A stretch of 64,000 bases of DNA from an uncultured bacterium (GCA_938028835.1 CALIMJ010000013.1:34381-98380), one strand, 5' to 3'; counted from the stretch's first letter, positions 42,246 through 49,311 are shown. Notes: a model not told the origin generated them from the letters alone. Translations and numbers: made by a program.

Positions 42246-42353
42246 GGCCTCACCTCCACCGGGGTCGGGGCCAAAACGAAATGGCCCCTACCCGACTTGG
42301 GTAGGAGCCATCAGCCTCCGTGGGAGGCGGTTCGGGCGGGCTCCATCGCCCGC
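42246..42353 (-). promoter_or_regulatory. structured 5' leader, copy 2: conserved 20-mer hairpin, second hairpin, terminator-like hairpin
   Basis: Minus-strand read: GCGGGCGATGGAGCCCGCCC-GAACC-GCCTCCcacGGAGGC-TGATG-GCTCCTACCCaagtcGGGTAGGGGCC-ATTTCGTTTT-GGCCCC...GGAGGTGAGGCC-ATG. Homologous to the leader at 45218..45302 (see findings). Confidence 0.55.
42273..42309 (-). terminator. intrinsic-terminator-like hairpin inside the antiporter leader, also 3' of the MFS gene
   Basis: 11-bp stem GGCTCCTACCC/GGGTAGGGGCC (one G-U pair), loop AAGTC, tail ATTTCGTTTT. An alternative pairing GGGGCC(atttcgtttt)GGCCCC shares the 3' arm. Confidence 0.55.
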
Positions 42354-42357
42354 GCGC

Positions 42358-42387
42358 ATTATCCACCAGGGTCCCCGGGGCCGTCAA
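42358..42387 (-). promoter_or_regulatory. sigmaA-like promoter TTGACG-18-GATAAT
   Basis: Read on the minus strand between the MFS stop (42419) and the leader hairpins. The conserved 20-mer starts 4 nt after the -10. Confidence 0.5.
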
Positions 42388-42418
42388 TGTCGTCGGCGCT
42401 CGCCGGAGCTTGTCCACC

Positions 42419-43612
42419 TCATGGCCGCCGCAGGGGCGACCGCGCGGCGGACCAGCCGAACAACCCGGCGGCAGACAGCTGCGTGGCCACTGCGAACAGA
42501 ACCAGGTAGCTCGGGTGCGCGTCGTAGAGGAGCCCCATCAGGGCGCTGCCCGCGAACCAGGCGACGCCGTACACCGTCTGGAACAGCCCGAAAGCGGAGG
42601 CCCGGCGGTCCGGGGGGACCATGCGGGCCACCGCCGCGCGCAGCACCGACTCCTGCAGGCCCACGCCCATCCCCCAGAGGACGATCCCGGCCACGGCGCC
42701 CGCAGGGCCGCCGAAGATGGCGAGGGGCGCGAATGCCGCGGTGGCCGCGGTTCCCAGAGCCAGGGTCCGGATACCGTAGCGGTCGAACCAACGCCCCAGG
42801 ACTAGGGCCGCGACAGCGTCCGTGGCCATGGCGAGCGCGTACAGCACGGGCACGGCTGTCGTTGGGAGGACGGCGTTCCGGGCGAAGTGGTACGCCAGCA
42901 GAGGGAAGTCCACGAACCCCGCCGCCACGAGCCCTGCTCCCAGGAGGTAGAGGCCGAGCGCGCGGCGCAGTCGGAAGTCCAGAGGGCTGGAAGTGTCCTC
43001 CAGCTGCGACGGTTGCGGGAACCGGGTACGGGCCCAGGCCACCGTCAGCAGGCAGAGGGCCGCCGGAAATGCCAGGGCCGCGAAACCCCACCGCAGACTG
43101 CCGCCCGCGCCGAGCACCGCGGCCACCAGCAGCGGGCCGGCCACAGCTCCCACTTGGTCCAGAGCCTCATGCAGGCCGAAGGCCCACCCAGCCCCCACCC
43201 GGCTTGCCGCGTACGAAAGCATCGCGTCCCGGGGTGGGGTTCGCACGGCTTTGCCCGCGCGCTCGGCCACCACGAGCGCGGCGGCAGCCTCCCACCGGCC
43301 CACCACGGCCAGGAGGGGGACGGACAGGAGGTTCACCGCGTACCCTGCCGCGGTGAGGTCCCAGAAGCGGCGGGTCCGGTCCGCCAGCCGACCGGACACC
43401 AGGCGCAGCCCGTAGCCCACGAGCTCCCCCAGCCCGGCCACGAAGCCGACCGCGGTGGCGGAAGCACCCAGGGCCAGCAGATAGGGGCCGAGGATGCTGC
43501 GGGCACCCTCGTACGTGGCGTCTGCCAAAAGACTTACCACGCCCATCAGCACCACGAAGCGGGTCGCTTCGCGGGCGGCGTCTTGCCGGGCGCTGAGGGT
43601 CTGGGCCTTCAT
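42419..43612 (-). CDS. MFS transporter
   Basis: 397 aa with ~12 TM segments and loop motif SGRLADRTRR. The ATG overlaps the upstream stop by 4 nt. Confidence 0.85.
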   Translation of the reverse strand: MKAQTLSARQDAAREATRFVVLMGVVSLLADATYEGARSILGPYLLALGASATAVGFVAGLGELVGYGLRLVSGRLADRTRRFWDLTAAGYAVNLLSVPLLAVVGRWEAAAALVVAERAGKAVRTPPRDAMLSYAASRVGAGWAFGLHEALDQVGAVAGPLLVAAVLGAGGSLRWGFAALAFPAALCLLTVAWARTRFPQPSQLEDTSSPLDFRLRRALGLYLLGAGLVAAGFVDFPLLAYHFARNAVLPTTAVPVLYALAMATDAVAALVLGRWFDRYGIRTLALGTAATAAFAPLAIFGGPAGAVAGIVLWGMGVGLQESVLRAAVARMVPPDRRASAFGLFQTVYGVAWFAGSALMGLLYDAHPSYLVLFAVATQLSAAGLFGWSAARSPLRRP

Positions 43613-44373
43613 CGTCCTGTGGGCGACCGGATGGCTCGCGGCCGCACGTCCGGAGCCGACCGGACCTCGTTGGGGTCGCGGCCGCTGAGCACCTCCAGCG
43701 CCCGCGTCCAGCTGGTGCCCTGCTCCGGGGTCAGTCCCTCGTGGCGGAAGCGGTAGTCGTGCTTGCGGACGAGTTCGGAAAGGTCAGCCTCTAGCTGCGC
43801 CAGGGCCTGTCGCTGGGCCTCCAGAAGGCGCGTGAGGTGTTCCGGGGACCTGGCCACCGACGCGGCGAGAGCCAGGTGGGCAAGACACAGCGGCGCCGGG
43901 CCAGCAAGGGCCTGCCGCACCTCGGGGTCTGCAGAGTGCTCCAGGAGGCTTGCCACGTACACTTCCTCCATGCGCTGACGGTGCAGGCAGGCGGGACACG
44001 GGGCAGCAGGGAGCAGGGCGTGCTGGAGGGCGGACCCCGCATCCCGTCGGCGTCTGGCCTGGCCCCGGAGCGCCGCGTTCACACGGTCCAGCAGGGCTCC
44101 CACGAGGTCCCGGTACACGATGGCGACCCCCAGGACCGGGTTGCGCTGCGCCGGGAGAGCCCACGCGTGGTGCGGGCAGAACCCCCAGCTGGCCCGCACC
44201 TCCTGTCGCGTGTTGGGATCGTTCACGCGCTCGTACAGGAAGTTATCGAGGAACCGCTGCACCGCGTGGGTGGCGAGCCGGCAGACGGGGCAGCCGCCGG
44301 ACGCCAGGGCCTCCCGGACTCTGGCGAAGACCAGGTCGTCCCGCCGCACGGCGCCGTGGGGCTCACCGCGCAC
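43609..44373 (-). CDS. uncharacterised protein with duplicated CPxC...CxxH motifs
   Basis: 254 aa. GGCPVCRLATHAV...FLYERVNDPNTRQEVRASWGFCPHHAWAL...APCPACLHRQRMEE...PLCLAHL. It resembles an uncharacterised CPxC/GFCxxH family seen in Firmicutes; I believe it is a catalogued DUF but cannot verify that here. Confidence 0.6.
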   Translation of the reverse strand: MRGEPHGAVRRDDLVFARVREALASGGCPVCRLATHAVQRFLDNFLYERVNDPNTRQEVRASWGFCPHHAWALPAQRNPVLGVAIVYRDLVGALLDRVNAALRGQARRRRDAGSALQHALLPAAPCPACLHRQRMEEVYVASLLEHSADPEVRQALAGPAPLCLAHLALAASVARSPEHLTRLLEAQRQALAQLEADLSELVRKHDYRFRHEGLTPEQGTSWTRALEVLSGRDPNEVRSAPDVRPRAIRSPTGR

Positions 44374-44818
44374 GGCACACGCCCCCGAGCAACCGTGCGA
44401 GCCAGCTCCGGACGCGCCGCGCCCTCCTCAGGTCCGGTGCCGGCCCGGAGGGGACCTCCTCCGGACCCGCGGGTTGGAGGGCCAGCCCGCGGGGCCGCTG
44501 TCTCCAGTAGGCCAAAGATCGGCGAGCCTGTTCCACGGAGGCCTGGAGGCCCACCAGATTCATACGCAGCCCGCGCACGGCCTCGTCCGCCAGGTACGCG
44601 CGGTGCCGCAAAGTCGCGAGTTCGGCCCGTGCGGCTCCGAGGGCCCGCAGGGCGTCCTCCGGCGGAGGCCAGAGGTGCACCGCCGCGCCGTAGCCCAGGA
44701 GGATTCGCAGGCCCTCTTCCTGGGTCCAACCCTCTGCCCGCAGGATCGCGTCCACCTCCCGGGCTGTCTCGTCGTCCAGGGGGACGTGCACCGTGACCAG
44801 GACGTCGTGCTCGTCCAT
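44363..44818 (-). CDS. ribbon-helix-helix-like N-terminal domain plus coiled-coil protein (paralogue 2)
   Basis: 151 aa with SD AGGAGGAA upstream. VLVTVHVPLDDETAREVDAILRAEGWTQEEGLRILLGYGAA fits the beta-alpha-alpha RHH (CopG/Arc) pattern, followed by a heptad-rich region. Confidence 0.5.
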   Translation of the reverse strand: MDEHDVLVTVHVPLDDETAREVDAILRAEGWTQEEGLRILLGYGAAVHLWPPPEDALRALGAARAELATLRHRAYLADEAVRGLRMNLVGLQASVEQARRSLAYWRQRPRGLALQPAGPEEVPSGPAPDLRRARRVRSWLARLLGGVCRAR

Positions 44819-44827
44819 GGATTCCTC

Positions 44828-45217
44828 CTACTCTTCTTGGAGGGTCTCTGAGGGCTTCCGCTGCCGGTTCCGTAGAGCGAACAGGGCTCGGCGCAACCGC
44901 GTGTACTCCGCGCTGAGCGCGTTCACCCGCTCACGGAGCACGTCCAGCTCCCTCTCGCGGGCCAGGGTGCGGGCGCGCATGGACAACGCGTGGGCAAGGG
45001 CTTCCCGGCGCTGCAGCTCCAGCTGTGCCGGGGCCCCGTGGGGCTCACCCGACGCGGTCAGTTCGTGCCAGGCTTCCTGGTCAGCCGCGTACCGGCGGGC
45101 CCCCTCGGCGATCAGCCACGCGAGGCCGACCTCCAGGGGCCAGAAGCCGAGAGAGGACAGGGCCTCCGCCAGCTGCGCCAGGTCCTCGCCCGTAAGGGTC
45201 AGGGTCATGTGCCGCAT
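44828..45217 (-). CDS. ribbon-helix-helix-like N-terminal domain plus coiled-coil protein (paralogue 1)
   Basis: Start taken at MRHMTLTLTGEDLAQLAEALSSLGFWPLEVGLAWLIAEGARRY (ATG 45217, or ATG 45208). The track start at TTG 45337 coincides with a -35 box and would place a terminator hairpin inside the CDS. Confidence 0.5.
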   Translation of the reverse strand: MRHMTLTLTGEDLAQLAEALSSLGFWPLEVGLAWLIAEGARRYAADQEAWHELTASGEPHGAPAQLELQRREALAHALSMRARTLARERELDVLRERVNALSAEYTRLRRALFALRNRQRKPSETLQEE

Positions 45218-45302
45218 CCTGAACAAAAAGCTCCTACTGGCAACCCAGTAGGAGCTATCAACCCGGCTAACCGGGTACGCAAGGGCGAGCCCCATCGCCC
45301 GC
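45218..45302 (-). promoter_or_regulatory. structured 5' leader, copy 1: conserved 20-mer hairpin, second hairpin, terminator-like hairpin
   Basis: Minus-strand read: GCGGGCGATGGGGCTCGCCC-TTGCGT-ACCCGGttagCCGGGT-TGATA-GCTCCTACTGGgttgCCAGTAGGAGC-TTTTTGTTCAGG-ATG. Confidence 0.55.
45221..45256 (-). terminator. intrinsic-terminator-like hairpin immediately 5' of the RHH gene start
   Basis: Perfect 12-bp stem AGCTCCTACTGG/CCAGTAGGAGCT, loop GTTG, tail TTTTGTTC. The 3' arm contains the only SD-like AGGAG. Confidence 0.55.
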
Positions 45303-45308
45303 ACGTCC

Positions 45309-45337
45309 AAGATAAGGGGGCCGACGATCCCCGTCAA
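45309..45337 (-). promoter_or_regulatory. sigmaA-like promoter TTGACG-17-TATCTT
   Basis: Read on the minus strand. The conserved 20-mer starts 6 nt after the -10. It sits back-to-back with the + strand MerR-type promoter 35 nt away. Confidence 0.5.
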
Positions 45338-45372
45338 CCGGCCGTGGGGATCGGGCGGCTTGGGAGCGGCGG

Positions 45373-45404
45373 TTGACCTTCCAGTACGGTGGAAGGTTTA
45401 CCGT
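45373..45404 (+). promoter_or_regulatory. MerR-family (CueR-like) operator-promoter
   Basis: TTGACCTTCCAGTACGGTGGAAGGTTTACCGT. The -35 is TTGACC, a 20-nt spacer contains the inverted repeat ACCTTCCA-N6-TGGAAGGT, and the -10-like box is TACCGT. It is nearly superimposable on the E. coli copA promoter core TTGACCTTCC..GGAAGGTTTAACC as I remember it. Confidence 0.6.
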
Positions 45405-45426
45405 CGTCCGGGAGGAGGTGGTGAAG

Positions 45427-45649
45427 GTGACTTCGAACCCGCAGCGGCTGCACCTCAAGCTGGGTGGGATGCACTGCTCCCTCTGTGTGGAGTCCGTGCG
45501 CAAGGCGGTCCTGCGACTCCCCGGGGTACGGTCCGTGCACGTGTCCATGGCGCATGAGGAGGCCCTGGTAGAGTACGAGCCGGACCGCGTGTCTGCCGAC
45601 GCCATGGTGCTCGTCCGGGAAGGCGGGCAACCCGAATCTGGTTCCATGA
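45427..45649 (+). pseudogene. copZ-like HMA metallochaperone gene with an apparent 1-nt frame disruption near its 3' end
   Basis: SD GGAGGAGG, then GTG. VTSNPQRLHLKLGGMHCSLCVESVRKAVLRLPGVRSVHVSMAHEEALVEYEPDRVSADAMVLVR... is a complete ferredoxin-like HMA (the same MHCxxC variant as the copZ at 53160). The current frame then has no stop for ~1 kb (track ORF 45373..46626). Shifting +1 at the GGG run 45617-45619 gives ...KAGNPNLVP-stop at 45647-45649. Confidence 0.55.
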
Positions 45650-45868
45650 ACCTCTCGGTCGTCCGGAGGGTAGTGCCCTTCGACCTCCCACGTGGCCGCG
45701 TCCCTCGGCCGTTGCGGGCGTGTCGCGAGCGGGGGAGGACATGCCTCGGGCGGGCTTCCTCTCTGCCATCGTGGCGACCTCCCACAGCCGTGCCGCCATC
45801 CTGTACGGTCCGCGGCGAGGGTGGTGCGGATCTCGGGTACCGACGGTCGTCGTGCTACAGTCAGCACA

Positions 45869-47893
45869 GTGGGAGTCCAAGAACCCTCCGCATCCCTGGC
45901 GGGCGGGCCCCATGCGCACGCTGGCGGTCGCGCGGGGCCGGCAAAACTTGCCAGAGCCAGCGGCGTCTGTGTTCGGTACGTGGCCGCGGGGCTTTCCGGA
46001 GTCCTGCTGGCCCTCAGCTTCCCGCATCCCGGCTGGTGGCCCCTGGCCTGGGTCGCACTCGTGCCCCTGCTCCTGGCCGTCCGGGGGCTGCAACCGGCAG
46101 CCGCGGCGGGGGTGGCTCTCGCATTCGGCGTGGTGTTCTATGGGCTGCTGCTCACGTGGCTCAACAGCCTGGGTGTGGCCGCGTACCTTACGGTGGTGGC
46201 GGTGAGCGTGGGGTACTCCGCCCTGTTCGGCGCGCTGGCCAGTTTCGGGGCCCAGGGCCGAGGGGACATTCGGTTCCTCTTGGCGGCCTCTCTGGCGTGG
46301 GTGGTGGTGGAGTGGCTGCGCAGCCTGGGTGTGGCCTCGTTCCCGTGGGGGCTCGTGGGGTACTCCCAGTGGACGAACCTGCCCGTCCTGCAGCTCGCGT
46401 CCGTGGGCGGTGTGTACCTCGTTTCCGCGGCGGTGGTGGCGGCGAACGGGGGACTTGCGCTCCTCCTGCTCCGCAGACCCTCGGGGCTGGTGCCCCTGCT
46501 CCTGGTGGCCCTGGCGTGGGGGTGGGGGAACGGCAGACTTGCGCGCCTGGAAGCGGAGGCGCAACCCTGGATGCCGGTGGCCGCGATCCAACCGAACCTG
46601 GCGCAGCAGCGCAAGCTCGATCCTGACCACGCCCCCCAGACCCAAAAGACCCTGCTGCAGCTCACCCGGGAGGCGCTGCGTTCGGGAGCGCGGCTGGTGG
46701 TGTGGCCCGAGCACTACTGGCCGGCTCCCCTCCTCCGCGATGGGCGACTCGATCCCCTGATTCAGGCCGCGGTGCCCGAGGGCGTGGCGCTCCTAGCCAC
46801 TGGGGAGATCGACGGCCGGCGTAACTCAGCCGTCGTGGTGGACCGCGGACGCGTGAGGGGGCGGCACGACAAGGTGCGGCTCGTGCCCCTCGGGGAATGG
46901 TGGGCGGATCCCGGAGCAGGCTATCAGGCCGTGTGGGCTCCAGAGGGGCCCGTAGGTGTGCTCCTGTGTTACGAGGTCGTGTATGCCGCCTCCGCGCGAG
47001 CCCTGGTGACCGACGGAGCCCGCTACCTGATCCACTCTACCGAGGAGGGCTGGTTCGGGGAGTCGGCGGGACCCGTGCAGCACCTGGGGTTCGCGGTCGT
47101 GCGCGCGGTGGAGCTGAACCGGGACGTGGTGCGGGCGGCCAGTATCGGGATCTCCGCCATCATTGAACGCACTGGGCGCATCCAGGCACGGCTTCCGCAG
47201 GTGACGCAGGGATGGGTCGCCGGGCACATCGAGCCCCGATCCGACCTCACGCCCTACGCCCGTTGGGGAGACCTGTGGGTGTGGGTAGCCGCCGGGGTCC
47301 TGGGTGGCATGGTGCTGCCGGCTGCGCTCCCGTGGATGCGCCGGGAGGTGGTGGTCCCGTTTCTCCTGCCCGCCACGGCCGCGATGTTGGGAGGCGCCCT
47401 CGGGCTCGGGGGAGTGTTCACGGGCCTACTCCTGGGTGCGGTCGCCCTCGCGACCTGCCCGGATCCGCGGAGGATCGGGCTTGTGCGGGCGCGGCGGCTC
47501 ACGAGCCTTTTGACCGCCGCGGGGTTTTCTGGAATGGCGGTGTGGCTCGTACAGGCGGGGTTTGCGGCTCAGGGGATCCCGCTGTTCTTCCAGACGCCTG
47601 GGTGGGATCGTCTCGTGGCGAACCTTGTGTTCGGAGCCGCGGAGGAGCTGTGGCTGCGGGGCGTGATCGTCGCTTCCCTTCCCACCTCTCCCCTCGCGGC
47701 CTTCGTCCTCTCCCAGGTGGGGAGCCTGGTCCTATACCTGGGGGCGAGGGGGGAGGTGGTGGCCTGGCACCTCCTGAGCGGCGCAACGTTTTTCCTGATC
47801 CGGCGCGTGACGGGGAGCCTTTGGGGACCCATGCTAGCACGGGGCGTCGGGGACGCGGCCCTGTGGGCCCTGCTGGGCCGGTGGCCGTTTTAG
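45869..47893 (+). CDS. lnt: apolipoprotein N-acyltransferase fused to a C-terminal CPBP (CAAX-protease-like) membrane domain
   Basis: N-terminal TM bundle LSFPHPGWWPLAWVALVPLL. CN-hydrolase triad context VVWPE / HDKVRLVP / VGVLLCYE. The C-terminal ~190 aa have TM helices with the CPBP motif GAAEELWLRG and a later AWHLLSG. The start is uncertain (GTG 45869 or GTG 45980). Confidence 0.75.
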   Translation: MGVQEPSASLAGGPHAHAGGRAGPAKLARASGVCVRYVAAGLSGVLLALSFPHPGWWPLAWVALVPLLLAVRGLQPAAAAGVALAFGVVFYGLLLTWLNSLGVAAYLTVVAVSVGYSALFGALASFGAQGRGDIRFLLAASLAWVVVEWLRSLGVASFPWGLVGYSQWTNLPVLQLASVGGVYLVSAAVVAANGGLALLLLRRPSGLVPLLLVALAWGWGNGRLARLEAEAQPWMPVAAIQPNLAQQRKLDPDHAPQTQKTLLQLTREALRSGARLVVWPEHYWPAPLLRDGRLDPLIQAAVPEGVALLATGEIDGRRNSAVVVDRGRVRGRHDKVRLVPLGEWWADPGAGYQAVWAPEGPVGVLLCYEVVYAASARALVTDGARYLIHSTEEGWFGESAGPVQHLGFAVVRAVELNRDVVRAASIGISAIIERTGRIQARLPQVTQGWVAGHIEPRSDLTPYARWGDLWVWVAAGVLGGMVLPAALPWMRREVVVPFLLPATAAMLGGALGLGGVFTGLLLGAVALATCPDPRRIGLVRARRLTSLLTAAGFSGMAVWLVQAGFAAQGIPLFFQTPGWDRLVANLVFGAAEELWLRGVIVASLPTSPLAAFVLSQVGSLVLYLGARGEVVAWHLLSGATFFLIRRVTGSLWGPMLARGVGDAALWALLGRWPF

Positions 47894-47944
47894 AGCTCTA
47901 CACGGAGTCCTCCGTCGATCGGAGTACGCCGTCGGTCACCGGAA

Positions 47945-49195
47945 ATGAGAATCGAGGGAGGGTCTCCGGTTGTGTGGTGGGCCGAGTACGACATTCGCCT
48001 GGAGGACATCACGGACGCGGCGGCGGCCCTGGGACCGTACGTGCAGCGAACCCCACTCCTGAGGGCTGGAGCCTTGGGCCAGATGGCGGGGGTGGAGCTG
48101 TGGCTGAAGGCGGAGAACCTGCAGCGGACCGGTTCCTTCAAGGTCCGGGGTGCGTTCAACCGGATCCGTCTGCTGAGCCCGGAGGAACGACGCTGCGGGG
48201 TGGTGGCCGCGTCTGCGGGAAACCACGCCCAGGGAGTGGCCCTGGCGGCGCGCGAGCTGGGCGTACGGGCCACGGTGGTGATGCCGGAGGCGGCTCCCCT
48301 GGTCAAGGTGGAGTCCACGCGCGGGTACGGTGCGGAGGTGGTGTTGCACGGACATGACTTCGAGGAGGCCTTCGCGCACGCGCAGGCGCTGCACCGGGAC
48401 TCGGGTGCGGTGCTCGTGCACGCCTTCGACGACCCAGCGGTGATCGCGGGCCAGGGGACCGTGGGGCTGGAGATCGTGGAGCAGCTCCCGGACGTGCAGC
48501 TGGTGGTGGTCCCCGTGGGCGGCGGGGGGTTGATTTCCGGGGTGGCGGTGGCGGTCAAGTCCCTGGTGCCCACGGCCCGGGTGGTGGGGGTGCAGGCCGC
48601 AGCGGCCCCCGCGGTGTACCAGTCCTGGGGGCAGGCGCGAGCGGTCGAGGTCCCCGCGCGGCGGACTCTGGCGGATGGCCTTGCGGTGAGTGCTGCACGG
48701 GGTGGGGTCCTGGGGCTCCTGCGGCGGTGGGTGGACGACATGGTCACCGTGGAGGAGGACGAGCTGGCGGGCGCCATGGTACTGCTGCTGGAGCGGGCGA
48801 AGCTGGTGGCGGAAGGGGCGGGGGCGGCCGCGGTAGCGGCCCTGGTGTACGGCAAGGTCCGCATGCCGGGGGCCCGCGCCGTGGCGGTGGTGAGCGGGGG
48901 GAACGTGGACCTGAACACCCTGGCGCGCGTGGTGGACCGGGGGCTGATGAAGACCGGACGCCTCCTCCGGTTGCACACACGCTTGCTGGATCGCCCGGGC
49001 AGCCTGCGGCAGCTGCTGGACGTGGTGGCTCAGGAGGGGGCCAACGTGGTCACCGTGGAGCACGACCGTCTCGCCCCCGACGTCCCGGTGGGCGAGGCAG
49101 ACGTCACCCTGCTGGTGGAGACGCGGGATGCGGAGCACGCGCGGATCCTGTTGACCCAGGTCCGACGCGCCGGCTTCTCCGTCCACGGCGACTAG
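47945..49195 (+). CDS. ilvA: threonine ammonia-lyase (PLP-dependent, C-terminal ACT-like domain)
   Basis: 416 aa. KAENLQRTGSFKVRGAFN, ASAGNHAQGVA, PVGGGGLISG, and a C-terminal regulatory domain. Confidence 0.9.
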   Translation: MRIEGGSPVVWWAEYDIRLEDITDAAAALGPYVQRTPLLRAGALGQMAGVELWLKAENLQRTGSFKVRGAFNRIRLLSPEERRCGVVAASAGNHAQGVALAARELGVRATVVMPEAAPLVKVESTRGYGAEVVLHGHDFEEAFAHAQALHRDSGAVLVHAFDDPAVIAGQGTVGLEIVEQLPDVQLVVVPVGGGGLISGVAVAVKSLVPTARVVGVQAAAAPAVYQSWGQARAVEVPARRTLADGLAVSAARGGVLGLLRRWVDDMVTVEEDELAGAMVLLLERAKLVAEGAGAAAVAALVYGKVRMPGARAVAVVSGGNVDLNTLARVVDRGLMKTGRLLRLHTRLLDRPGSLRQLLDVVAQEGANVVTVEHDRLAPDVPVGEADVTLLVETRDAEHARILLTQVRRAGFSVHGD

Positions 49196-49239
49196 GACCG
49201 TCCCGACGAGGGACCCGACGTAGCGAGCGCACCCTCTGG

Positions 49240-49280
49240 TTCACGGATTCTTCATACGGCCGACAACGGCACCTCACGGA
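49240..49280 (+). promoter_or_regulatory. bipartite motif, copy A: TTCACGGATTCTTCA-N18-CTCACGGA
   Basis: The exact 15-mer and 8-mer are shared with copy B at identical 18-nt spacing. It lies 45 nt after the ilvA stop. Confidence 0.5.
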
Positions 49281-49311
49281 CGTCGCCCAACATGATGCCG
49301 GAGGGTTGGGG

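Noticed and set aside
45218-45337. TTG 45337 as the start of the RHH paralogue 1 gene (track ORF 44828..45337)
   Set aside because: The TTG is part of a -35 TTGACG box, and the extension would encode a promoter, two hairpins and a 12-bp terminator stem. The paralogue begins its RHH strand within 5 residues of its start. Residual doubt remains because third-position GC is high over 45260-45337.
45267-45867. Minus-strand ORFs 45267..45785 and 45334..45867 as a possible divergent MerR-type regulator gene next to the CueR-like operator
   Set aside because: The translations are Arg/Ser/Thr/Pro-rich, lack the MerR N-terminal wHTH (no ...IGELA...TIRYYE...-like motif), and are antisense to the HMA coding frame.
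45650-46626. Continuation of the HMA ORF frame for about 1 kb
   Set aside because: The sequence after the HMA domain is Arg/Gly/Pro/Ser-rich and not protein-like, and it overlaps lnt. It is better explained by a lost stop (frameshift) than by a long fusion protein.
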